Below are positions 27,827 to 42,712 of a stretch of DNA of 64,000 nucleotides, one piece after another. The position numbers were made by a program, and so were the translations under genes. Every line of letters starts with the position of its first letter. Position 1 is the first letter of the stretch. Source of the DNA: Chrysomallon squamiferum. Lineage: Eukaryota; Animalia; Mollusca. The DNA lies in contig CM022665.1 of NCBI GenBank assembly GCA_012295275.1, forward strand, positions 3,038,001 through 3,102,000, given 5' to 3'. The notes beneath the pieces were generated by a model, which had not been told where the DNA came from, searched no databases, and saw nothing but the letters and a program-made list of their open reading frames with translations.

Positions 27827-29172
27827 ATATATATTCTGAATAATGAGGACTATATGCTGCTTACACTATTCCAAAGACTATTCAAATGTAGGATATAAAC
27901 TGCTAGATGTATGAATATATGTTTCCATATCTAGGTATGTATGCATATTTCTGTTAGTGACATATTTTACAGTATCACTTATTTTGATTACTCAATCATC
28001 CACTATCTCTGATGAATGTGATATAATTGTTGGTATCTAAATAGGTTTACATTTTCACACCAAACAGTCACATTATCAGTAACTGGAATAACCTTGTGTC
28101 AACAAGACAAGATTATCACTTGCAGTAAGTAAGTGCTATTTCTATATAAAAATTAAAAAAACCCACCATCAGTTTCATAACTGCTGCAAACCACAGTAAT
28201 TGAGCAATTAAAGAGGTTTAACAGAGAGTGTGTGAATTAACATGGGGATTAACACAACATTATCTGATGTGAAGTTTGATTGGTTGTCTGTTTAGTGTGC
28301 TGTACAGGCTAGAGTAAGTTCCCACACTCCATCTCATAATCTCTGTCGTGATAAAAACACTGAAAACTCACTTGTCATGTTTACTGACCACAGCTGTAAA
28401 ATGCTGATACACTCACTACCTGCATCTAGTGGTAATACACACTGTGTATTTGTATTATTGTTTCAATAACATTTCTTCACGAAAATAAGGATAGCAAAAG
28501 CATAATAATAATAATAATATCTATATATATATATATATATATATAGGTATGTAAAATAAAAGGAAGTGAATTTTACATCAAAATGATAATCTGCATTCTT
28601 CAGTTGATGAGCAGGTTCAGATAAAATAATATCTATCAGTGTTACGAGATAATATGTGAAAGAGAAAGAGAAACTAGCGAATTAAGATATTTTGTTATTA
28701 TTAGCACTAACACTGCAATATGAATCATATCCTTGCTGGCCTATTAAAAACATATGAGTCTATGTGTTGAATGAATAAATATTAGTTTAATAAATACATA
28801 TTAATATTAAACCAAAAATTGTTTAAAATGAGACATTTTCTGCTATGGAGCCAGATATCTTGTGATAGATGTGAAACATTTTATTAACTTGACTGAATGG
28901 ATACATTGATCACAAGCAGAATGGTAACTCGTACTGGTAGGTATTGTTTTCATTCTCTCTCTCTCTCTCTCTCTCATCCTCTGTGTCTGTTTGTCTGTTA
29001 AACTGTCTCTGTAACTCTGAATCTCTATCCCTATCTTTCTCTTTGTATACTGCCTGTCTGTAGCTCTCTCTCTCTGTCTATACACAAAATATATTTAATC
29101 CTTCTTTTCAAGAATATCCATATTATTCATGTTCATCTTTTGAATAATTTTCATAAATATTAACTAATTACC

Positions 29173-29262
29173 TATTTTTAGTAATTTATAACCGTTATTA
29201 TTTAATTTTGTTATATTTTTAGTAATTTATAACTGTTATTATTTAATTTTGTTATATTTTTA
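29173..29262. repeat. 41-bp tandem duplication
   Basis: agtaatttataac(c/t)gttattatttaattttgttatattttt starts at 29180 and 29221, with one mismatch. Confidence 0.92.
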
Positions 29263-32200
29263 CTACATTTTTGTAAGAAAATTTCCAAGCACACACACAC
29301 ACACACACACTCATACATACACCCACACCCACACACATTACAAACAGGTGTAACTAATTGAAAACATGTTTCAATCCTCCACTATTAAAAACAAATCATA
29401 ATTCACCATCGTCTGATACACAAGTCATAAAAAAACAATTATATATTCAAATCTAAAACTTACATTACAGTCAAATGAGATAATAATTACAATAAAACAA
29501 AATAACAGCATGAAGTGGAGTAGATCTGTATGTGTTACATATTCAGATACCTAACATACATTTTGTGACAGAAAGAAAAAATAAAAACAATCCCAAAACA
29601 AACATTTTAATTCGCAAGAGCTGGTTAAAGTAAATAATGGATTAAATAGCAGTATAAATTAAAGTTACTGCATGTTAGGCTTACCTAAAATTAAAATGTT
29701 AAACTAGGTGTTGACATAAACACAGATGTAGGACCTAATATGTGTAAACAATACTGTCATAATTTTATTAAATTTTCACAGTAAATATGCTGTGAATACA
29801 GTAACCAGTTAGAAAAAAAATTGCTCTATACATATTTCACACGCACACACACACACACACACACACCAATTTTGTTTTTTTAGGACATTGTTAGACAGAA
29901 CTGCAGTTATTAGGATATTCAGAAATTTATATTTCTTAATAAAATTTAAAAAAAACACTGTTTTCTTCACACAGCATTTCAAAACACTAGCTTTATCACA
30001 GAAACACTAAACTTACACACATATTTAATAACTGGTACAGTTATCTTTATCTTTAAAAGGGTTTTCTTCTTTTTATTATTATTATTCTATTCACCGATGA
30101 TAATTAAAATATTTTTTAAAAAAACCTCTGTCGTGGTAACAGTTAGTTTCTGTGACTAGTAAAAACTGTATAAATGTTGTGCGTGTGGAATCAGTTTCTG
30201 GTGTGACATCTTATCTCACACTGTTGTAGCTGTTTGAATATGAACAAATGTATCAAGTTTTAAAGTCTTTGGTGTTACAGCAATAACTAGATATCCTCTC
30301 TGCACTGGCACACTTAACATGGACAGCTACAAACAAAACAGCTATTTTCACAGCACTCACCTTGATAAGGGAGATGGTCATGCTTGGCTGATCATAATGA
30401 AGGATTCACATATTAATTATGATGTGAAAAAAAAAGGAGCGTGGGAAAATGTTTTATACTGTGAGATGATACCATGTGTCATCCTTGAAGGAAACAGATG
30501 TTGGGAATAATTCTAGTGGAGAAAATCATCATCTCAACATTTCATTTTCAACTCATGAAGAAAAAAAAAATAAAAAATTAATACAAAGAATTATCAATTT
30601 AAATATTGTATTTTTTTTTTCACATTAAGAAAAAATTAATTTGTTGAATCATCATTTTAGCATTTCATTTTTAACTAATGTGTAAAATATTTAATATCAA
30701 GAATCATTATTTAAACATTTCGTATTTACGTAAGGCAAAATATTTAAAGTGAATCAGTGAATTTAAACGGGTTTTTATTTATTTATTTTTATTATTATTT
30801 TTTTTTTTTTGGTGGGAAAACATTCGAAATATATTGTGTTTTTAAAAAAAGAAGTTTTAAAAAAAAAAGAAGTTTGGAAAACACTTGAAAATATATGCTT
30901 TTAAAAAAAAAGAAGTTTTGGAATACAGTTTTAAAACGAAGGTTAATAGCATGAACTTAGATGAATTGTGATGGTTTCAGTGAACCCTTAGGGCAATATT
31001 ACTTTTTTTAATATATATATATATATATAACCAGTACTTTTGTACTGCTAATGCTGTTTCAAAGGCAGTGACAACTCTCACAGCTAATATAAACCTTGTA
31101 ATAAAAAAAAATTAAAAAATGTAATAATTTTTAATAAAATAGGGCCTATATTATAACAAAAAAGATTTAAAAAAAATAATAATAAAAAAAAGGTTTTACA
31201 ACAAAACTTTGTTGTGGGTGTGATTTATGAAAAGCAAATTACTGAAAATAATAACATTCTTTTGCAGTTTTATCTTTCTTACACATTCTCAATACATTCC
31301 TGCTGACAACATAAATTGCAGACAATGATAGAGACATATCAATAATGTAGTGTTTTTAACATCACCTCTTTTTTTAAAACAACACTTTATCTCCGCTGGT
31401 TTCAAAAAAAAAAAAAACGTTTCAAAGATTACAGTTTCTTTCAAAATTCTTTTGTAATCTGTTGACAAGAAAAAATATATATCGCTTTCTTCTGGTTCCA
31501 AAGTGTGTTGCTATTTAAAACATTGGTTATGCATGATTTCACAATATTAGCATTGAATTACTCAGACAAAAAAACTCCTTTCAGACATTTCTACAAATTC
31601 CTGTTAATGTGTTATGAATTTTTAATTTCTTTTGAAAAAGATAACTTCTGTGTGGAATATGAGACTCTCTTTGTGATATGCATTCTTGCTATACAGCATC
31701 GTAAAGTAGGACTGATTAATGGTTTTTTGACAATAACTCTTCATGTAATTTACAGCCGATTTTAACAGTTATGTAAGCTGCATGTAAAAAGTATTGATTT
31801 AGCTGTGTAAAATGACAGATTAAAGTATTTCTTTGCTGGAATGAGACAGTATATTGGTGAAGTATGATTTTTACACTTCAGTTAATATCTTTGAAAGATG
31901 GGGTGGGGGGTTTGTTCCTTTCACCAAATTTTTGCTTTTTATTGATGTTGGCAGTAACATTGGACATTTGTTTTAGCAGCAATGAAACACATCAGTATTC
32001 ATGTTGTTGTATTTATTTTTGTATTTGTTCTTTTTTTAAACATTAGAGTTGAGATATAAAATATATTCTATAGAGTGAACCCACATTAAGCCTAGTTTAA
32101 AAATATTTTTAGCAATGCAAATTCAAATGAAAATCGAGGCATCTGTTTTCTAATAAAATTGAAAAATTCATTTACAGTTTTCAAATATGAATTTTAATTC

Positions 32201-35200
32201 ACTGGATAATGATATTAAACTATCCCCCACCCACCCCCCAAAAAAAACAACATTTGTTGTTATTTAATATAATATAGATAATACGTTTGCATCATAAAAG
32301 TTATAATTGTACTGAAAATTCACAAAAACGTCTGTAATGGGTATAAAGATCGTAACAGGAGAGGAAGTGAAAAATTGTAGATTCAGATGGGAACCTTTCT
32401 TTGTACAGTTGTTATTAAAGGGTAATAAAACGGTAATAAAATTTAAATAAACGCCAGCACAGCGTGGGAACACAAGATGATGTCCAGGTACGTATGCGAC
32501 AGCGAACAAGGACCAGTCATATTATTATGAGTTATGACATTATTAAGAAAAGTGTCTTTAAAAACACTGACCTCTGTAAATAGACTGACATTATTTTTTT
32601 GATACTGCATGCTGGAAGTGTGTATTCAGATAATATTTTAACAATGTTCTTAACCCTCGAAGCATCTCATGCTGCGTGTTTCACTCACATCACCTTTTCC
32701 GGAAATTTCATTTGTCATTTATGAAAATGCATGTTTCGCTGACGTTTTCCGCAGAATTAATTTGTGAAATAAAGGGAGTTTACATTTGGAAGAATTTTAA
32801 CATCTATTCCAGTCATTCAGTGGCATTTTGTTGACCAAAACAGCTGACTCATGACGCTTGCAGGGTTAATTCAATTAAATATGTATTTAAAAATGGTGTT
32901 CTTTCACAAATAAATCTTACGGCAGATGTGACAGTTTCCAACCTGAATGACAGGTTATCAGTCCACGTACTGTTTTTGGTTATAACAGTAATTATGTGAA
33001 ACAAAGACAGTTTTGTGCCTAACTTTTCTGTCTGCTGTTGACAGGTATATATAAATAGTTCTCTGATAGAAGCATGCTTAAAATTACCACAGTTAAAAGT
33101 TTACAAAAGTAATACAGTTTCTTCATTATGAAGACAAATTAGCACAGCTCTAAAAGACGCATACTAAAGATTATTCACACTTAAAAGTGAGAAAGGGAAA
33201 TAATAGAGTTTCCTCGTTTATAAATAGGAATTTACTTTAACTGTATGTGTCTGGCTGGAATTAAATTATCATATAAATTGCCAATAAAATGAATTTGTCT
33301 TCACATTACCTTGAACAGGTGTCAAGTTATCTACAAATCTGACACAGTGCTAACACAATGATTTATTTTAATACACCCATAGACATCAGTAATCATCATT
33401 TTCATACCAAACACTGTGAAATATCTGTAAACAGAGAAATGCTTGTCATATTGTGTAGAAATAGAAATTGTCACTCCTTTATTTACAAAATTGAAAAATA
33501 TTATTAAATTTTAAAACTGTTTTATTTATTAATATCAAATTTTAAGCTTAGTATAGTTTCATTTGCATACAGTAGTATATACATTGTATGCCATTTTTCT
33601 TAATGTGAATGTTTGAGAACAGATCTTGTTGTAATATTAAAATGGTATTATCTGGCATTAAACATCAAACCCCATTTTTCTGCTGTTTTCATTAGCAGTG
33701 ACTTTATTTTGTTAAGTGCAACTTACAGATATAAAATGTAAGTATACCATTAACCGAGGTAACTTTTACAAACTGCTGAATAACTTTATCATGTTTTTAA
33801 CAGGTTTTTTTTTTTCGTGTTTAAGATAATTCAATACTTTAATAAGAAATTTCCGCTGAAGCATATTTATATAGGTATGCAACACACATACATATTAACA
33901 GAGAGAGAGAGAGAAAACTAAATTTAATCAAAGTAGTTGACTGCAGCAATGGATGTTTAAAAGATAACATTTTAGTATTATTGGTTAATACATGAAAATA
34001 AAACATTATTTTGTTGTATAAAAATTATAGAGAGGAAGTTCACTGATACTAATCAGTGAAATATTTGTATCAGTTAACAGCAAAGGATCTTTTATTATGT
34101 GAACTTCCCATAAAGAGAAATACACATACCACTGCCTCTGATAAACCAAAAAAAACAAAACAACATTCACTGTAAAAAGATATATGAGTGCTTATTACAA
34201 ACCTCCTTTGAATCTTCTTACAAAGAATCAACTGGCAGGAAATGATAAACAATGTAATTAATGACTGAAACAAGTTTGCACTTATCAGTACCCCTACACC
34301 TCAAAACCACATTAATATTTCTAAAGACACTGGCAAAGATTTATTTAAAAGCCCCCACCCCAAAAAAAAAAAAAAAAAAAATTAAAAATTAGCAAATGTC
34401 ACATTTTTAACATTGTGACATTTCAAATGGGGTAATGCCAAAAGCTTTGATAATTCTATTAGATTACATAGTTAGTTGTTTGGGTTAGGTCCTCCATTGT
34501 TCCTGATGGTCCATTAGAGCTGTATGAGAGCACACAATCAAAGACAGCTATCTGCTGTGCTGTGGATACCGCATTTGAGAGCACCCATCCACGTAAAGAG
34601 CTTGCAGTGTAGCTGGCTACCAATAACGTGAGATGTTTCACACTGTATTCACACAGAGGGTGCTCTCCTTACCCCCACTCAGTGATAACAATCTTCACCT
34701 GTTGTTGCTGGATGACAGTGGTAAATGATCAGTCAGTGTGTGCACAGATACACTGCTTAACATGTCTCCTTCATTATGGGACTGTTATTAATAGGACTCA
34801 GTTCAGTTTATTTTTTATTTTTTCTCTGATCCTTCTATTAATCAATGATTTAAAAAATACATATATTTTTATGTTTTTAAACTTAACTTTTTTTTTTTTT
34901 TTTTTGGTTGCTTTAAGTGAAACTTTATGTCGAGTATTTCACAAAGAAATATGGCAACCTTTAGTGCAGTGTTATAAGTTTATATCTGAAACTAATTAGA
35001 TTTGTGCAGTGATTTCGCAACTTGGGTGGTAGATGTATTGTCAGGTGTCATGAAAATATGAGGGTGGGGGAAACTGTATACACTGTATCACATATAAATT
35101 TCATATTTATTATTTGTTACAACACTGTTTTTGTTATTCTGACTGTTCTGCACATTTTTTTTATTACATTTGTCTGAAATTAAAATAAAATAAATTGTAT

Positions 35201-36793
35201 TTAGCAATAATTAACAGGGAGATCAGGTTGGGCTGGAGAAAGTTTTTCAAGTCTGAGCAAGCTGATGTTAAGCAGGCCTGTCGTGGACTAGAAATACGTT
35301 ATGTGGTCAACCTAGTGGACAAGCTAAAGGTCACACTGGTCTTTTAAGAACTGCATCCCCGCTGACAAAGTAGCCACCATCTTTAAAAAAAAAACTGTCT
35401 CACACCAAGTGGAGATAAAATTCATAAGCTTTTGTGTCAGGTGTAATTAACTGCCACCAATTGGTCTTTGTCTGATTCATAGCACACAAGGTAACCTGCA
35501 CATGAGATATCAGTATTCCTGGTAAGATCAACGATAGTTTTGTTACTCACAGTATACCAAGATCTTATCATCATTTCTGGAATGCACTGAGATTAGAGGA
35601 AAACAAAACACAACCCACTCCTTTCTTGTTACGTTTCATGTTCAATGAAATGCCGGACAAGTTATTTCTGTAGCTTATGGCCTTAAGTTTTCGTGAGGTT
35701 GCACGATATTTATACCAGTAATCACCAGAAGTGCGTTTTAACCAAAGTAAAAACATTTAATTGAATGATTAATGAGATTTACATACCGTTTTATCAGCTA
35801 TTACAATATCAGGCATATTGTATTCTAAAAATTTTGAGAGCTATATGGAAAAAATTTACACTGAAACATAAATTGGAATTAAAAGTGCAATAAATTTGTC
35901 AGTAATTCTCACTTCCATTAACAAAAGAAGAAAAACTATAATAGAGTTAATAAAATTCAATTTAAAATTAAATAATAAAAGCAAGAACAAAAAAAAAAAA
36001 AAATTTAAATACAGCAATCTCATAACAGCAGTAAGAAACACATAAAAGATTTTTAAATGAAATGTTCAGATCTTATCACTTCAATTTGTCCTACCTCTGT
36101 CATTTAACTGAAGGTAAGAAAGAAAAGAAAAAAACCAAACAGTAAACTCAAAACAGCAAGGAACAATAAATTTAAAAAAAAAACCCAAAATCCCCAAAAC
36201 AAACAAAAACAATTAGGAAACAAATCTGACACTGGAGAAAAAAATAAAAAAAATAAAAAATAAAAATAATTTGAAGTTACCTGTTAAACTAATTACAGTT
36301 TTTACCTGGATGATCTTCATAAAGGTGTCATTTTATTTCATTTTACTTCATTTTATTTTATTTTATTTCTTGCACTTCTAAAAACAGTTTGAAACCAGCT
36401 GAATTGAAAACTAATTTCAAATTGGTTTCAGATTTCTGAGTGAAAGCTTTTTTCACTGAACTGAATGACAAAACATTGTCAGTAATCGACTTAACACAAA
36501 CATACTGACACATACACAACATTATTAACACATGTATGCAGGAGACATCAGCACAAATGCATGTAGCATACAAACACAAGCATCTGCAAATGCACACACA
36601 CACAGAGAAAACACACACACAAATAAAACCACACATTTATTTGAATTTTTCTGATTACAGTTGATGGTGACAATTGATGCGTTGATGCGTTGATGATTAT
36701 GCTGATGTATAAAATTACAGCTGGTTCTTTACTGGGATCCAGTGATGAGAGAGACCCCTGCAGGCCAATGTAGTCACCTATCACGTGAGTTAC

Positions 36794-36815
36794 CTTCCCA
36801 TTATACACTTCCACA
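36794..36815 (-). other. Candidate 22-nt microexon
   Basis: Minus strand reads gttatttttctacag|TGTGGAAGTGTATAATGGGAAG|gtaact, giving a good acceptor and donor. Confidence 0.3.
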
Positions 36816-36909
36816 CTGTAGAAAAATAACTGGATAAATTAATTTAGTCATTTAGTTAAAACAATTTTATAAACCAGAATTACAAAATAATACAACAGAA
36901 CGAGAGAAA

Positions 36910-37065
36910 GTCAGTGGCAGAAGACCTAGTACTGGTCTATTTCCCAATCCAGTACATGCTCCAAGACTGGTTTATCAAAGTCTGTATGTTATTTCCAATC
37001 TTTGGGAAGGTGCATATAAAAGTTCACTTGCTGCTAACTGCTGGAATAGTCAGTGTTGGTTTGTT
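36910..37065 (+). mobile_element. Degenerate SINE copy (central domain)
   Basis: ggtctatttcccaatccagtacatgctccaagactggtttatcaaag...gggaaggtgcatataaaagttcacttgctgctaa; aligns with the other in-window copies. Confidence 0.75.
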
Positions 37066-37551
37066 CTTTCATGGAATTTTATAAAACGTGTTTAATAAAC
37101 ATAAATATTTAAAAATATTTTAAACATTCATTCATCCTGTTACAAGCAGTAGTCTAACGAATCAGAAATGCGTGGTAAACTCAACAAGTTAATGTATTCT
37201 AAATGTTACTATTATTATTATTATTGTTGTTGTTGTTGTTGTTATTTTTTTCATAAATAAATTTTAAAAAAAAAAAAGAAAAAAAACAGAATGAAAGAAA
37301 ACGCCCTCATAAAATGATAACATAGATCCTGAAATATTTCACTGGAAATTATTCTGCCATTATGACAATAACAAGATCCTGCTCTGTATTAAAATATTTC
37401 ACTTTCATTGATTTAATAAAACTTTATTGCCATCACCTTTTTCCTTATGGTATCTTAATTGGGAAATAATGGTTCAGAAACATTTTTATTAAGAAAAAAC
37501 ATCCTCCATTACATTTCATTTGAATGTGAGTTATGAAATTTTTTATCAGTT

Positions 37552-37835
37552 AGGCTGTGGCTCAGTGGTTAGAGCACACAGCTAAAATTTGATTGATCAC
37601 AGAATCAATGTTTTCACTGTTGGCCAATTCCCTGTTCCAGCCAGGGTCTCATGGCTGGTTTATTAAAGTCCATTGCAGTTTGTACTTTTCCTGTCTATGG
37701 GATGGTGAACACAAAAGGTCCCTTGGTGCTAAGAAAAAGAGCAACTCGTCAAATGGTTTTATCTCTCATTATATACATGATGCTTTATCATTATGCATAC
37801 AGTCAGTAAAAAATGTGTTAAATTTGTTTTAAATT
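37552..37835 (+). mobile_element. Near full-length degenerate tRNA-derived SINE (resembles Meta/Deu-domain-type mollusc SINEs)
   Basis: Pol III A-box-like head ggctgtggctcagtggttagagca, core gttccagccagggtctcatggctggtttattaaag...cctgtctatgggatggtgaacacaaaaggtcccttggtgctaa, AT-rich tail aaaaatgtgtt. The family name is from memory and was not searched. Confidence 0.75.
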
Positions 37836-38242
37836 AGACTGAACTAAAGATATGTTTAAATCAGGTTTCAAAATTCATTTAACATATGTTTTAGAAACTG
37901 ATTTTATATTTATTATCACATTCACTGTAGTATTAAAAACTATTAATATATAACAACAAAATTTAAGTTATTTACGTACATTAATTTGTTGCAGTGGTTA
38001 TTTTGCTGGCAGTTTTATCACAATTAGTGATCATCCTGTTAATCAGCTTGTTAAAGACTGGATGTTAATTAAAATAATTAGCATCCTTGGATCCAGTCTG
38101 ACTGTTCAGACTGGCAGTGTATACTGGTATAAGATTATCTCACCCAGTTAATCTAGTAAATAATATTTCACTTTCTTGTAGAAATATCTGATATTTGAAT
38201 TTAATAATCAGAAGAATAGATTGATACACTGGTGATGGAAAG

Positions 38243-38354
38243 TATGTATGTGTGCACATGTGTGTGTGTGTTTGTATGTTTGTTTGTATGTATGCATGTG
38301 TATATCTATGTATATATGCATGAATGTGTGTATGTATGTGTGTGTATGTATGTA

Positions 38355-38392
<38 letters not shown>

Positions 38393-38401
38393 TGTGTGTG
38401 T
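38243..38401. repeat. (TG)n/(TATG)n microsatellite
   Basis: Direct reading. Confidence 0.95.
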
Positions 38402-40293
38402 AATTTTATAACAGTAAGAACACCATATTGACAGTGTATCAAACACAGAGGTATGTGTTACCTTGTCTAAAGTAACATATATAACAGACACTTATGCACA
38501 TAGCCAAAGACAGTGTCCACAGATATATCATCACTGTATAAAAACTGACAACTTGTAGTTAAACATCATCCCTATTGTAAAAACAAAATGAAAACTGCAG
38601 CATTCCAGTGTGAATGTTCCAGAGACAAAGTGGTACAATTTCTTTCACAGTATGTTAATTTAAATCTTAAACTGGAATGTGAAAACTTTAATTTCAGAAA
38701 TATTTTATCTTTATTCCATTGTGAAGGTATTGTGAACCTATTTCTTACAAAATTTTAGACTGAAGAGAAGAGACTGAGGAGTTATATTAAGGTCAGCGTT
38801 TACGGTGATAAAAGTGCTCATGTAAGAAGTAGCCTAATGAGATTATGTGTATATCAATAAACAAATAATAATAATTTGCTTGTTGCACATTAGCCAGACA
38901 TTTTAAAAACACTAAGCAGGAGAAGACTGTGTTTGCTATGCCCTGGATATCTACACAGTATCAAGGCAAATGTGGCTGTGTTTAATTGTTTTTGCTCTAC
39001 ATCTGAACTGAGCAGCTGAGCTCTGGAGTGAGTCCACACAGACTGTTTGTTCATTTTACTCATGTTCCTATCAATGAACTGAATGTTAAACTTCTCCCGC
39101 AGACAACCAAACCTGAAACACTCATTATTGCACAACACTGTCAACACCGATCGTTTTTAACTCTGCTTTTGTGAGTTGTTCCTTCCCCCCCCCCCCCAAA
39201 ATCATAGGTATCCGAGGTGACACATATACGCAAGACATGCCTTTGATCCCACACAGTGACACATCTTTGTTTGTGACAAACAGCATCCTGACAATGTCTT
39301 GTACAAGTCAACATTTCTCCTTACATGCAGTCACTTAGGAAGGGAGCCGTGTTTGCAAAACATGATTCTTGAGGCCTTTCTCTGAAAACTGTGCTCTTTG
39401 AACTCAATTGTTACTCTGTTCATTTTCTTGTTGTGACTGCTTCCCCCAGACAGACAGAGAATGTCTCAAGTGATCTGTTTTCTAACATAAAAGGCAGGAT
39501 TACAAGATTAATATAATGTCAAATGGAAATGTTTGTTCCCGAGACATGTATTTGTTTTGTTAAAAATACTTTTGATTAAAGTGGCGAGTAAGTGCACTCG
39601 TAGTTGTCTCTTACCTTGTCAATTTTTTAAAATTTTAAATTAAATTTTATATATATATACACGCACACACACAGAACACGTTAATAATTAAATGTAAAAG
39701 TATTACACTGTTTTACAATGACTGTTTTCACATAAAAATACTTTTTGGCATACAATGTTATATGTAAAGTTTTAAACCAATGTACTGATACACGTAAGTT
39801 AGTTTATATCATGAATGTGTAATACGGTAGCTTCCACACGTTACAACCCATATCATGTATGGAAAAAAAAAAATTCAACAGTTACTTGAAATAATTACTT
39901 TTATGAATTCTTTGGAAGGAAAGAAAGAAAGAAAAAACAACAAATACAAACAAACAAAAAAAAAAAGAACAAAAGAAGAAACTGCCAATAAATGTGGAGC
40001 AAAACGTATTAATAATCTAAATAGCCGACATTAAAGTATTTATCTTTTTGAAAAATGAAGCCCATTTCCTTTGTTTCTGTTCTCTGTTGTTTAATCAGTT
40101 TGTCGTGAAGCCACTAGAAAGCCATTATCTGAGATATCTTCAAGTATCAACTCCATCAGCCTCAAAGCCCCTCCTCTGATAACCTGATCCTTTGTTTACC
40201 ACCCAGCCCCGCGCGCTGCACGTACATTGTGTTTGATTCAGTGTCAGACTGATGTGAACAGAAAACAGCGGTTCAGACCACGGATCCACTCAC

Positions 40294-40640
40294 TTGCAGA
40301 ATCACACAGGCGTAATCTGTCGTATTTATTCGAGTTATGTAAACTGTTGGTAAACACACGATTTCCACCTGTAGTGTCGTCGTCCTAACAAACTATGCAG
40401 GTGCTTGGTGTGTAACTTTTAAATTACCGTGTCACAAAATCTTGTCAACTTCCCAGAAATGTATCTGTTATTCTGGCTTAAAAGTAAAGTGTGGAATTAA
40501 TGAATTTGCGATATTAATCACATGTCATCATATTCTTACGTTCGTATTTGTATTATTAAATGTCAAACGTACTTATTTTTTATTTTTTACTCTTGTTATT
40601 CTTCTTCTTTTCTTTTTCACAATGGCGACGTTAGAGAGAG
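40294..40640 (-). promoter_or_regulatory. Candidate promoter and first exon of the minus-strand transcript
   Basis: Donor CAA|GTGAGT (GT at 40293-40292), located at the CpG-poor/CpG-rich boundary. CpG-rich flanks (ccccgcgcgctgcacg at about 40207). YY1-like aATGGCG at about 40622. The TSS is not precisely definable. Confidence 0.45.
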
Positions 40641-41552
40641 AGAGAGAAGAAAGATGTCAGTATTGTGTGGGTTTCTTTTTTGTTGATGGGTTGCATGGGA
40701 TCTTTCAGATACACTGTTGGGTGGAGAGAGAAGAAAAAAGTGGATATCGTGACATTTTCATAAAAGTCATTAGACGGTGATTGGAGTAGGAAATATGCTA
40801 TAATTAACATGCATTTTCCTTCTAGCATTATGATTTAAAACAAGTTGAAAGAGAATGTAGAACACCCTCGGCAGAAACGTTTTCACTGACATAAAAACAA
40901 CAGTTGAATTTTTATCCGTACACGTATGATAATTTACCTGTAACAGGTTAATGGCAATAAATACATATCAATAAATAACTTTGAAAAAAAAAAAAATTCT
41001 TTCATGGTTTTTCACTCACTCATTTACTTATTTATTTAAAGATACTTTGTTCTTCTTCTTCTCTTTGTTTTAAGTTCTGTTTAATTATATATAACAAGAA
41101 GGAACCAAAGAAAGAAAGACGTTAAAAAAAAAAAAAAAAAAATCAAAAATCAAAGGAAAAGAAAAACAAAAAGTATTGCTTGAAAACCATAACTTTTAGT
41201 GTATCCTTTTACAGCTGTTTTAAAGAATTGTTTGTTTTACAAGAACTAACTATGATTTAATGGACATTTTTCAAATTTTCAAATTACCGTGTTGCTCGTG
41301 ACCATGTTATCAAATTGCCACCCACCGTTTTTTTCCTAAAAGAAAACGTCTTATAAATAAGTGTACCAGTTTGCTTTCAGTAACTCGAACAATTAATGAA
41401 CGTACCAAATGAATTATTCAGAACGTGTCGACTAATTCATGAATATATGTACATTCTAGATGCTGTTATACAAACAACAAATATACGTATTTAAAGACAA
41501 AACAACAACAAAAACCATTAAGACACTCTTTCATTAAAACAGACACGCCCTA

Positions 41553-41555
<3 letters not shown>

Positions 41556-41592
<37 letters not shown>
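41556..41592. repeat. (CA)n microsatellite
   Basis: Direct reading; nearby poly-A at 41976-42008 and (AAT)n at 42057-42106. Confidence 0.95.
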
Positions 41593-41595
<3 letters not shown>

Positions 41596-41972
41596 GTACA
41601 TGCATGCATACATATATAAAATCCTAAACCACATACATACTTACATTTTATATGCATATATATAATTAATCTTAATTAAATTTTTTATTTATTATTATTT
41701 TTTTAAATATATAAATCTCAAATTCCACAGATTTGGTTTCAGGTTGTTTTCTTAAAAAAATCGTAACCCCTCCAGAAATAATAACTAATAATAAAATAAT
41801 TAAAAAAACATAAAAATTCCAAACTAATAGAATATGTAAACGTTCTAAAAGTTCCTTTTTCCAGTTTCAATATCCATAAATTTGTGATAAATAATTTCAC
41901 AGAAGTTCTTATACGCGTTTTAAAATATATAACACAACTTTCTTTCTCTCTTCTAGAAAACTCTGATCTTTT

Positions 41973-42012
<40 letters not shown>

Positions 42013-42054
42013 TAACCGAAAACAACAAACTAAAAATTTTAATTAAATCCAGAT

Positions 42055-42107
<53 letters not shown>

Positions 42108-42619
42108 TTTTTTTTTTTTTGAAAGGACTATTAATACGACATACATATTGGGTATTGGGGAAAACACGAAACTGCTCACAGATATTTCTATAGCCTGTTG
42201 GTAATGATTTTATGCTTTTGCGTCACTGCTAAAAACAGAAATGGACAGACGTATGTTTCTAATCGTGAGCGTGGGACTGCGTATTGTTCGCTGACAATGC
42301 TCACATACCAGTATAATATAAGTATACACAAAACACAACTTATCTCTATGGTTGACTATTTTCGCTTAAGAGTTGTTTACTTGTTTACGTACTAATATAA
42401 TAATAGTATCCACTATGTGTTGAAGTGCATGTGTTGTTGTCTCTGAATTTATATCCTTGTTATTTCAGATGCTGCATAATAATAATAATAATAATAATAT
42501 CATGAATAGTGTGTTTCTTTTATTGTAAGTCAGATTTCGTATAAGATAAGGTGTTAAATAATAATTACACATATGTACATATACGTATACAGATATATAG
42601 AAACACACGAGTTACCACG

Positions 42620-42669
42620 CACACACACACACACACACACACACTCTCTTTCTCACACACACACATACA

Positions 42670-42712
<43 letters not shown>

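Noticed and set aside
13820-36120. Isolated plus-strand AG|GTAAG donors (about 13825, 18098, 22478, 36113)
   Set aside because: No matching acceptors or exon-like composition; several such matches are expected by chance in 64 kb.
40622-40780. ORF starting MATLE (huntingtin-like start)
   Set aside because: Similarity ends after 5 residues; it continues into an (AG)n repeat and stops after about 52 codons. The ATGGCG is better read as a YY1-like motif.
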